From Patescibacteria group bacterium (GTDB lineage Bacteria > Patescibacteriota > Doudnabacteria > UBA920): a stretch of DNA of 57,592 nucleotides. The notes under the pieces are model-generated. The model saw nothing but the letters and a program-made list of their open reading frames with translations. It had not been told where the DNA came from and made no database searches. This document shows, piece after piece, positions 1 to 7,401 of the stretch (positions are counted from its first letter, which is position 1; each line of letters opens with the position of its first letter). A program made the position numbers and the translations under genes. The DNA lies in the NCBI GenBank assembly GCA_038065175.1, contig JBBTRN010000002.1, forward strand, positions 1-57,592. Reading direction: 5' to 3'.

Positions 1-255
1 GTCGTGCCCGAGATAGTAATTTTAGATTTGCTTTTAACCAAAGAAGACGGCAGTACCGGGATTTTGGACAAATTAAAAAGCGAAGAGCGTTTGCACGAAG
101 TTCCAGTTTTGATATTAACTAATTTGGACAAACCGGAATTAAAAGAAATACTCCTCGCGCAAGGCGTTAAGGAGTATATAATTAAAGGGAGTTTGAGTTT
201 GGATGATTTGTACGAGAAAGTGCTTGGGTATTTGGAGCCAAAGAATAGCCAGTAG
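1..255 (+). CDS. Response regulator receiver (REC) domain protein, C-terminal part; 5' end lies outside the window
   Basis: The ORF is open to the window edge. PVLILTNLD ... GVKEYIIKG matches the beta4/beta5 region of CheY-like receivers, including the conserved Thr and Lys positions. Confidence 0.6.
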   Translation, partial: VVPEIVILDLLLTKEDGSTGILDKLKSEERLHEVPVLILTNLDKPELKEILLAQGVKEYIIKGSLSLDDLYEKVLGYLEPKNSQ

Positions 256-284
256 TAAGTAGTAAGTAGTAGGTAGCAAGAAAA

Positions 285-303
285 ATCCCGCTAGCGCGGG
301 ATT
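285..303. terminator. Hairpin between convergent genes (atcccgc-tag-gcgggat)
   Basis: A perfect 7-bp GC-rich stem flanked by A-run and T-run lies between the REC gene stop and the methyltransferase stop. It is preceded by the stop-rich heptamer repeat agtagta x3 (251-271). Confidence 0.45.
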
Positions 304-1221
304 TTAGTTATGCCATCTTGAGAATATCCCAGTGGATATCAGACGGCCTGTCCTGACCTTTGCGTCGGGGTTATTTTTTTTTGCCCCGTACCCTTGTGGT
401 ATGGGGTGTTTCAAACACAATTCCCCGAATTCGATTTTGCCGGCTCTCGACCCAATCGCGTCTTCGAGCAAGTTGTTTATAGCAATTGCCGAGGAGTTTG
501 TCGCGTAGCCGTTGATTATTAGGAATTTGGCACCATCTGATAATAATTGCACACAATTTGCCAAGAGCCCGGGGAGGTCATTGTTAAAGCGCCATGTTTT
601 GCCGTCCGGGGCATGGCCGAAAGCGGGCGGATCCATAATTATCCCGTCGTAGTTGGCGCCGCGTTTAATTTCGCGTTTTACAAATTTAACCGCGTCATCG
701 AGTATCCATCTGACGCTATCTTTTGGGAGGTTATTGAGCTTGGCGTTTTCATTGGCCCAATTTAGAGCCGGTTTGCTCGCGTCCACATGCGTCACTTGGC
801 AGCCGGCTTTGGCCAAAATCACGGTCGCCCCTCCCGTGTAAGCAAAGAGGTTAAGGACTTTTAACTTTTCACTTTTCACTTTTAACTTGCTGGTCATCCA
901 GCTCCACTGCGCGGCCTGTTCGGGGAAAATTCCGGTATGCTTGAAAGGGGAGAGTTTGAGCAAGAATTGGCTGTTTTGCCAGCTGATTGTCCACGGCTGA
1001 GGCACAGTTTTTTTTATTTTCCAGCGGCCTGGTTTATTATCAGCGGGCGATTGATATACGGCCCAAGCCTTCCGCCATTCATTTTCCGATAGGGAGCGGG
1101 CCCAAATTATTTGCGGGTCAGGCCGCGTTAAAATCACCTGGCCCCAGCGTTCCAGGCGGTAGCCACCCCCCGTATCTAATAATTCAAAGTCCCAAGGAAG
1201 CTCGTAACATTCTAGGAGCAT
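304..1221 (-). CDS. Class I SAM-dependent methyltransferase, RlmI/RlmK(YwbD)-like
   Basis: 305-aa ORF. It has LNLFAYTGGATV (SAM glycine loop), HVDASKPAL and IIMDPPAFG (a DPP(S/A)F-type catalytic motif). No PUA domain is visible. Confidence 0.7.
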   Translation of the reverse strand: MLLECYELPWDFELLDTGGGYRLERWGQVILTRPDPQIIWARSLSENEWRKAWAVYQSPADNKPGRWKIKKTVPQPWTISWQNSQFLLKLSPFKHTGIFPEQAAQWSWMTSKLKVKSEKLKVLNLFAYTGGATVILAKAGCQVTHVDASKPALNWANENAKLNNLPKDSVRWILDDAVKFVKREIKRGANYDGIIMDPPAFGHAPDGKTWRFNNDLPGLLANCVQLLSDGAKFLIINGYATNSSAIAINNLLEDAIGSRAGKIEFGELCLKHPIPQGYGAKKNNPDAKVRTGRLISTGIFSRWHN

Positions 1222-1357
1222 AAAACTCTAAGCACTAATTTTTAAATCCCAAATAATATCAAAATTTAAATAATTAAATCCAAAACCGCCATCCCGTTTA
1301 TTATTTTGTATTTCAATATTTGAATTTGTTTAGGATTTAGAGCTTGAGATTTAGAAT

Positions 1358-1723
1358 TTATTTTTCTTTTATATCCACTAACCTAAAGTTCTCCAACGAG
1401 CCGTCAATTTCAACTTTAACTTCTTTCTCAAACAATTGGCTATAATCCCGGCTGGTAAAGAGATAAACTATGTGGTCCGCCTGCACAAGCATTAAATTAC
1501 CCCTTTTTAAGTCATCGGATATTTTAAGGACACCTTCCAGCATACCGGAAGGCTTGGGGGAATCTGTTTTGCTTCCCGGTACGGAGAGGTTTTGCCTATT
1601 GTCTGTTTGCCGGTCTTGTTCCTCGTTTGCCGGTTTTTGATTTTTGTAATACTGGATTCCGCCTAAGGTTACGACTATTGCCAACACGGCAATTGTCGGC
1701 AAATATTTGGATATTTTGTTCAT
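1358..1723 (-). CDS. Hypothetical protein with N-terminal membrane anchor
   Basis: 121-aa ORF with an N-terminal hydrophobic helix (PTIAVLAIVVTLGGI). No recognisable domain. Confidence 0.45.
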   Translation of the reverse strand: MNKISKYLPTIAVLAIVVTLGGIQYYKNQKPANEEQDRQTDNRQNLSVPGSKTDSPKPSGMLEGVLKISDDLKRGNLMLVQADHIVYLFTSRDYSQLFEKEVKVEIDGSLENFRLVDIKEK

Positions 1724-1875
1724 ATACTTTTGTTAAGGCTTATGAGGGTAGTTTATATTTTAGCCTTGAAAAAGTCAAAGGAATATTGTAGAATATCAAA
1801 GTCTTGGCGAGACGCAAATAAGTAACTAAATTTAATATAAAAGCAGTCTTGCCGTGCGAGGTTTTTGCGAAGCAT

Positions 1876-1951
1876 GGGAACGTAGCTCAGTCGGTAGAGC
1901 AGTGGCCTTTTAAGCCATGTGTCGTGGGTTCGATCCCCACCGTTCCCACCA
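1876..1951 (+). tRNA. tRNA-Lys (anticodon UUU), CCA encoded
   Basis: Hand-folded cloverleaf: GGGAACG/CGTTCCC acceptor, GCTC/GAGC D stem, GTGGC/GCCAT anticodon stem, loop CTTTTAA, GTGGG-TTCGATC-CCCAC T arm, then ACCA. Confidence 0.9.
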
Positions 1952-1996
1952 ATTCGCCTTAAGTTTGTCTCTCGTGTTTAGGTAAAATTTATCCAC

Positions 1997-2025
1997 TTGC
2001 CTCGCTAGAGTTAAAATGTTATAGT
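1997..2025 (+). promoter_or_regulatory. Candidate sigma70 promoter for the pilin gene (TTGCCT-17-TATAGT)
   Basis: ttgcct at 1997-2002, a 17-nt spacer, tatagt at 2020-2025, about 28 nt upstream of the ATG at 2054. Confidence 0.35.
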
Positions 2026-2053
2026 AATTCAAACAATTAGTTAGATAATTTAA

Positions 2054-2560
2054 ATGCTGGGAAATAAAAACAAAAAACAAACAGGCTTCACGCTTATTGA
2101 ACTTTTGGTAGTTGTGGCAATCATTGCGCTTTTGACTTCCATAGCCCTAATTGCGTTTGTGAGTGCCAGGCAGAAATCCAGAAATGCCAAAAGGCTTTCT
2201 GACATGGTACAAATGTTGAATGGCTTGGAGTTATTTAGTGCCCAGAATAAAGGCTATCCGGATGATATCGTTCCCCAAGACGGCATTCCTGACGGACTTT
2301 CGCCAAAATTCGTAAGTACAATACCAAAGGCTCCGCTGCCTGCGGATTCAGTCGCGTGCAGCGCTGTATACAGCCCTTGCGGCAGCGCGGGCCAGCCGGC
2401 TTGCGTTACTTCCAATACCTATTATTATGTGGCGCGCAACTGCCAGGTAGTCAATGGGCTTAGTGTTTGCAAAGATTTTGATTATTATTTTTGCCTTGGC
2501 GCAGACACCGGCAGTTTTTCAGCCGGGGTGAGGACTATGACACCCGAAGGGGTAAAGTAG
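2054..2560 (+). CDS. Type IV pilin / pseudopilin (prepilin-type N-terminal cleavage/methylation domain)
   Basis: KQTG|FTLIELLVVVAIIALL class III signal motif, followed by a Cys-rich globular C-terminal part. Confidence 0.8.
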   Translation: MLGNKNKKQTGFTLIELLVVVAIIALLTSIALIAFVSARQKSRNAKRLSDMVQMLNGLELFSAQNKGYPDDIVPQDGIPDGLSPKFVSTIPKAPLPADSVACSAVYSPCGSAGQPACVTSNTYYYVARNCQVVNGLSVCKDFDYYFCLGADTGSFSAGVRTMTPEGVK

Positions 2561-2643
2561 TAACGAATAACCCAAAATCCATAATTTATCACTGATAACT
2601 TATAGCCCTCCCAAAGGAGGGTGATTTTGTTATAATAGCAGAT

Positions 2644-4119
2644 ATGACTAAAGCGGAAGCCATAAGGAAACTCAAAGGGAAAATCTTGGCCAAACGGCCG
2701 ATTTTAGATGAGTTATTAAAGCGCCACGCCAATGTATCTGTAGCAGAATATAACAGAACATTGCTACCCTCTACATCGCCGATTGATGCTGTGCGCAAAC
2801 ACGATTTTATAAATATCTTTTCTGCGGAAATAGGAAAACATTTTAGTTCAGAAGTGGTGAATAGTGTTGTTAGGCAGCTGGAATCTTCGTATATGGTTTC
2901 AACCGCTGAGCATCATGGACCTTTAATGCACCCGTTTTTTGTCCATAGTAATTTGCTGGCCGCGCACAACGGCCAGGAAAATATTATAGTTTTAGGAGTC
3001 GGCAACGTTTCTTTAAATAATTCTTCCTATCCTCGCGGCTTAATTTTTCACTCCAAGGATGGAACAAAGCACCATTTGCCTTTTTTCCCATCTCCCGAGC
3101 GCATGTTTTCCGTATTCGGCCAGCGTGCTTTTGGCCAAAACGATATTCTTAAACTGCAAAATTTGATTCAAAATAAAGTCCGGAAAGGGGAATTGAGCAA
3201 TGCTTTGGCTAATTCGCTCAGAGAGTTCATTAATAATATTTGTAATCGCTCTGAAATTTTAAACCTGCCCGACTATAACCATCAAATTGTAAAGTTGAAT
3301 AGTTTATTGTGGCAGGACTTTCTTCCTCTGCCGCGAGCTAAACCTCCGCGGCTTTTGACATTACAATTGGAAGACATTGTTTTGCAGCTTTTGCAAAAAC
3401 ACCATTTGTTTTCTAATACGGATATTTACGAGTTAATCTTTAATACCAATATGCATCGCTTGCTTATTGAACATGCCGACGGGATTCCAGGCAATTTTTC
3501 TCTTGCTGATAAAAAGGGTACTTTTTTGTTTTGGTATTTGCCTTCTAAAAATAATCGCCGCCAGCAGATGTGGTTAAATGGCCGCTGGCTGCAATCAGCT
3601 GAAGGCTTTAAGCTCAAATTAGAGCCGTCGGCTTTAGAAAAAGCCATCGAGTTAGGGAAATTAATTCCCGGAACTTTTTTAAGCCTGCTTTTGCTTTCCG
3701 AATATTATGGCGTAAAGTGCCTCGGGGGATTTAGCCAGGGCACTTATTTAACCAAGACGCATGAAGTTTATAATATTATGCGCAAACGGCCTGCAAAGGC
3801 TTTTGACCAATCCCACTCTACCGGGCTAAGAAGCGATTTTGTTTTAGCTTATTTCAAAGACACCTTAGGACGCTTGCAGCCCGCAACAGGCATGGATTTA
3901 GCTCTGCATAGAAAAGCCGGATCATGGCAGGCTTTTTTAGAAACTGCTAATGAGCTTACTTTGGAACAAGCTATGGCACCTTTATTCCCCGAGTTATATC
4001 TGATTCTTTACTCTCCGAGCGAGCGTCAGGACGAGCTAACTAGTCTAACTATTTATGATATAATTGAGCATTATGGTTTTGCTGAGAAAATTAAGCCTAC
4101 AATTAGTATAGATGGATAA
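2644..4119 (+). CDS. Hypothetical protein (491 aa), no domain recognised
   Basis: Long uninterrupted ORF of host composition. An extended -10 (tgttataat, 2624-2632) lies just upstream. Its stop overlaps the next start by 8 nt. Confidence 0.55.
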   Translation: MTKAEAIRKLKGKILAKRPILDELLKRHANVSVAEYNRTLLPSTSPIDAVRKHDFINIFSAEIGKHFSSEVVNSVVRQLESSYMVSTAEHHGPLMHPFFVHSNLLAAHNGQENIIVLGVGNVSLNNSSYPRGLIFHSKDGTKHHLPFFPSPERMFSVFGQRAFGQNDILKLQNLIQNKVRKGELSNALANSLREFINNICNRSEILNLPDYNHQIVKLNSLLWQDFLPLPRAKPPRLLTLQLEDIVLQLLQKHHLFSNTDIYELIFNTNMHRLLIEHADGIPGNFSLADKKGTFLFWYLPSKNNRRQQMWLNGRWLQSAEGFKLKLEPSALEKAIELGKLIPGTFLSLLLLSEYYGVKCLGGFSQGTYLTKTHEVYNIMRKRPAKAFDQSHSTGLRSDFVLAYFKDTLGRLQPATGMDLALHRKAGSWQAFLETANELTLEQAMAPLFPELYLILYSPSERQDELTSLTIYDIIEHYGFAEKIKPTISIDG

Positions 4120-4873
4120 AAGTCCAAAAAAGGAAATTTCTTTCCAAATTTATTCTTCAGGCGGCAATCTTACCGCAATTGTGCCGGGTGGGAAGTATAA
4201 AAATTTAGGGAATACTGCCCGAAAGATTATGCGGGCAGACAGACGAATAGAGCAAGTCGGTTTTTTAGAGGCGCCTATTTTGCCTGGCTGCGACTTACAT
4301 TTGCAAATGATGGGCGGAGAATTTTGCGGCAATGCGGCGCGCTCTGCAGCTATGTACATAGCTCGTGTTAAAGGCAAAAAACAAGTACGGCTTACTGTAT
4401 CCGGCTTTGCTTTGCCAGTCGCAGCCAGAATCTCATCAGATGTTGTTTCTTTAAATCTGCCCGCTAAATTTTTGCGTAAGATTTTTAAAGTTCGTGAGGG
4501 CTGGTTGATAGACTTCGAGGGCATTAGATTTTTAGTTTGCTTTAAAAAAATTAACAAACATCGAATACCGCAGATTATAAACCAGTACAAGGACAATTTC
4601 GCGGCAGTCGGCGTTGTAATGTTGAGTAAAATCAGGGCAGGTTATAAAATTAGCCCATGGGTGTGGGTCAGAGCTACTAAAACTTTAATTGTAGAAACTG
4701 CCTGCGCCAGCGGAAGCCTTGCGGCTGCGGCTGTTTTGCATCAAATGGACGCATCGAAAAAGTTGTATAAAATCAAGCAACCAAGCGGCAGTTGGTATAA
4801 AGTTGGAGTGATTGGCAAGCTTGGCAGCATTAAGAAGTTTTTCCTATCAGGCTCTGTCAAAATAATATTATAG
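4112..4873 (+). CDS. DapF-fold (diaminopimelate epimerase-like) two-cysteine epimerase/racemase family protein
   Basis: FCGNAARSAAMY and ETACASGSLAAAAV resemble the two catalytic-Cys motifs of the DapF/PhzF fold. 253 aa. Translationally coupled to the upstream ORF. Confidence 0.5.
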   Translation: MDKSPKKEISFQIYSSGGNLTAIVPGGKYKNLGNTARKIMRADRRIEQVGFLEAPILPGCDLHLQMMGGEFCGNAARSAAMYIARVKGKKQVRLTVSGFALPVAARISSDVVSLNLPAKFLRKIFKVREGWLIDFEGIRFLVCFKKINKHRIPQIINQYKDNFAAVGVVMLSKIRAGYKISPWVWVRATKTLIVETACASGSLAAAAVLHQMDASKKLYKIKQPSGSWYKVGVIGKLGSIKKFFLSGSVKIIL

Positions 4874-4953
4874 TTTTTTTATTTAATTTTGTTCAATAGA
4901 ATTGTGTTATAATTATCTTGAAATATTTAGAAGGCTTTGAAAAATAAAATCTA

Positions 4954-6192
4954 ATGACTAAAATTAACATTGTTATCCTCGGCGGGGGATTTTCCGGAGT
5001 TAGTTTGGCCATGGGTTTGGCCAGGCGCTTTAAGCGCGATTCGAATGTTGCAATAACGCTGGTAGATAGGGAAGCCTATCATTTGTTTAACAGTAATTTA
5101 TACGAAGTTGCCACGGCCGCAGAAGAACTAGAAAATACGGGCGATTTAAAAAACAGTATTGGCTTGCCATTTGCGGAAATTTTTAAGGGTAGGCGCGTTA
5201 GTTTTATCCAAAGCGAAGTTAAATCCATAGACCCTTTAACCCGCACTGTAAGTTTGGGCAATAAAAAGTTGGAGTATGATTATTTAATCGTTGCTCTTGG
5301 GTCAGAGGAGGAATATTTTAGCATACCGGGGGCAAAAGAATTCGGCATTCCGTTAAAAAGTCTGCCGCATGCGCTTAAAATAAAAAACGCAATTGAGTTC
5401 GCAGTCGAAGCCCATAAATTTGACGCGCAAAAAAAATATGTGCGAGTTTTAGTCGCCGGCGGCGGCTACACCGGAGTGGAGCTGGCAGGGGAATTGAAAG
5501 GTTTGTTGAATTTTTTGTCATGGAAATACAACTACCCCCGGGAAAAAATGGAAATTCAGATTTTAGAAGCATCGAATTCGCTAATGCCCGGGATGGGGGA
5601 TAGGGCGACTCGGGACGCCGCATCCCGTTTAAACTCTTTGGGGATCCGGGTAAAATTATTAAGCCCGATTATTAAAGTAGAACAGAATACGGTTGAAATT
5701 AATTATGGGGAAAAATTGGTTTATGACGTGCTGATTTGGACTGCGGGAGTAAGGGCTAAACCTTTACCCGCGGGGCTTAATTTACAAAAAGATGCTAAAG
5801 GCAAAGCCGTTGTTGACCAGTTTTTAAGGATCGCAGAGCACCATAATATTTTTGTGCTTGGCGACCAGGCAGCTGTTTTAAAACCAAATGGACAAGCGGC
5901 GCCGGCCAGCGCCCAGGATGCCGTGCGCGAGGCTGAATATTTAGCCAATGCCCTGCCGTGCTTAATTAAAAATCATCGTCCGCCGCCATATAGAACAAAA
6001 AACCACGGATTTATAGTTAGCGTGGGAGGGAAATGGGCTATTTTAAATTATCCACCGTTTTATTTTACCGGCCGCTTGGCCTATTTTATCCACGAACTCG
6101 CGCATGCGCGGTACTTTGCTTCCATCTTAGGTTGGTGGAAAGCTATTAAGCTGGTTTGGTTTCAGGATAGGCTATATAGCAGAAATGATTGA
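4954..6192 (+). CDS. ndh: Type II NADH dehydrogenase-like FAD/NAD(P)-dependent oxidoreductase
   Basis: Two Rossmann motifs (ILGGGFSGV, VAGGGYTGVELAGE) and VLGDQA. Length is 412 aa. Confidence 0.7.
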   Translation: MTKINIVILGGGFSGVSLAMGLARRFKRDSNVAITLVDREAYHLFNSNLYEVATAAEELENTGDLKNSIGLPFAEIFKGRRVSFIQSEVKSIDPLTRTVSLGNKKLEYDYLIVALGSEEEYFSIPGAKEFGIPLKSLPHALKIKNAIEFAVEAHKFDAQKKYVRVLVAGGGYTGVELAGELKGLLNFLSWKYNYPREKMEIQILEASNSLMPGMGDRATRDAASRLNSLGIRVKLLSPIIKVEQNTVEINYGEKLVYDVLIWTAGVRAKPLPAGLNLQKDAKGKAVVDQFLRIAEHHNIFVLGDQAAVLKPNGQAAPASAQDAVREAEYLANALPCLIKNHRPPPYRTKNHGFIVSVGGKWAILNYPPFYFTGRLAYFIHELAHARYFASILGWWKAIKLVWFQDRLYSRND

Positions 6193-6200
6193 TTTTTTAT

Positions 6201-6235
6201 TCCCTCCCCTTGAGGGGGAGGGCTAGGGTGGGGTG
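6201..6235 (-). repeat. GGGAGG-hairpin repeat, inverted copy abutting the DUF559 start
   Basis: tccctccccttgagggggagggctagggtggggtg is the reverse complement of the family consensus cacccc(a/t)cc.ta.cctcccccctcaagggggagg seen at 10751, 11065, 26290 and 28508. Confidence 0.8.
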
Positions 6236-6574
6236 ATGATTAACCACAAAATCCAAATAGCAAGAAAGCTTAGAAATAATCCGACTGATGCCGAAAAGAA
6301 ACTTTGGTATTTTTTAAGAAGCTACCGTATCCTGGGAATCAAATTTAGGAGACAACAGCCGATCGGAAGATATGTTGTAGATTTTGTCTGTCTGCCCAAA
6401 AAATTAATTATCGAATTGGACGGAAGCCAGCATCTAAACTCCAAATCCGATGAAGTACGGGATGATTGGCTAAACAAAGAAGGTTTTACAGTTTTAAGAT
6501 TCTGGAATAATGAAGTGTTGCAAAATATTGAAGGCGTGATGGAAAAAATTTTAAATTATTGTAATAAGCTATAA
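6236..6574 (+). CDS. DUF559 endonuclease-like protein (Vsr/restriction-endonuclease fold)
   Basis: KLRNNPTDAEKKLW, FRRQQPIGRYVVDFVC, IIELDGSQH and VLRFWNNEV are typical DUF559 blocks. The ATG at 6236 is preferred over the GTG at 6233. Confidence 0.8.
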   Translation: MINHKIQIARKLRNNPTDAEKKLWYFLRSYRILGIKFRRQQPIGRYVVDFVCLPKKLIIELDGSQHLNSKSDEVRDDWLNKEGFTVLRFWNNEVLQNIEGVMEKILNYCNKL

Positions 6575-6576
6575 AC

Positions 6577-6654
6577 TACCCCCACCTAACCTCCCCCCTC
6601 AAGCCACCCCATTTTCGCCAAGCGATAAATGGGGAACCCCGGCAGGGGGAGGAA
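6577..6654 (+). repeat. GGGAGG-hairpin repeat, direct copy abutting the DUF559 stop, interrupted by about 40 nt
   Basis: tacccccacctaacctcccccctcaag ... gggggaggaa. The loop is split by an inserted ccccattt/aaatgggg hairpin. Confidence 0.7.
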
Positions 6655-6790
6655 CCAGAAACACATTACTGTGCTAGCAGAATCCCCAGATTTGCTTGGG
6701 GATTTTTGATTTTACCCCGCTCTTTTGATGCAAAAAGGGCGGGGTTGACACCAACAGAGAGAGAGTATTATTGGCTTAAAGATAATCCTT

Positions 6791-6940
6791 GTCATCGCGA
6801 GTGCATCTCATTCGAGTCCGAGCGATTCCGTTCGTCCCTCAGAGTCGAGGACCGAAGCGATCTGAACCGTGGGGTAGATTGCTTCGTCGGATGTCGTGCC
6901 TGAGGCAGATCCGCCTCCGGCGGGCACTCCTCGCAATGAC
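6791..6940. repeat. Composite palindromic repeat: 72-nt unit A (6791-6862) plus inverted unit B (6877-6940) of the gtcat(t/c)gcgag...cgaagc(a/g)atc family
   Basis: Unit A reappears inverted at 9910-9981 with 2 mismatches in 72. Unit B is a gtcattgcgag...cgaagcaatc-type element on the opposite strand. Confidence 0.85.
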
Positions 6941-6970
6941 AGAAAATTAAATTTTGAAAGGAAAAAATAT

Positions 6971-7267
6971 ATGAGCGAAGGTAAGCAACAATTTGATGTT
7001 GATCCCAATATGCAATTAATAATTGATTCTCTTAAAGATTCAGGAAAATATAAAGAAATATATGCTGATCCAGAAATCCAAAAGTTGAAACAGGCATATG
7101 ACATTTTGGGGACATTGGCCGATAATGTATGGCGGAATCCTAATACTGTACCTACCCCAATTGCCTTATCCTTATTACACTCTAGAGACTACATCGGTCG
7201 GCAAATCGCTGATCTCTTGAAAGGTGAGGACGAGGATAGTACAACAGATGAACAAAAAACCGAGTAG
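6971..7267 (+). CDS. Hypothetical small acidic protein (98 aa)
   Basis: The ORF track gives 6896-7267, but the 5' part is repeat-encoded. The ATG at 6971 follows gaaaggaaaaaatat. The stop lies inside a terminator hairpin. Confidence 0.4.
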   Translation: MSEGKQQFDVDPNMQLIIDSLKDSGKYKEIYADPEIQKLKQAYDILGTLADNVWRNPNTVPTPIALSLLHSRDYIGRQIADLLKGEDEDSTTDEQKTE

Positions 7268-7286
7268 CTACTCGGTTTTCTTTTTG
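7256..7286 (+). terminator. Rho-independent terminator (aaaaccgagtag/ctactcggtttt + T-run)
   Basis: A perfect 12-bp palindromic stem followed by ctttttg. Confidence 0.6.
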
Positions 7287-7401
7287 TACACCTTTTTTCG
7301 CCCCAGTACCAGTCGTTCCTCCGGTACGGGGTTTCAGTTTTGGCGGATTATCCCCAGTACCATATCCGCTTCGCGTATCGCTACGGGGTAAACCTTCCAA
7401 T

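Noticed and set aside
1225-1357. The aaatcc(t/c)aaa / tttaggattt-rich intergenic blocks (also 43490-43650 and 28615-28680) as small RNA genes or arrays.
   Set aside because: They are imperfect AT-rich palindromes between genes, without conserved promoter or terminator signals. They are most simply another dispersed palindromic repeat family, so they are recorded but not pursued.
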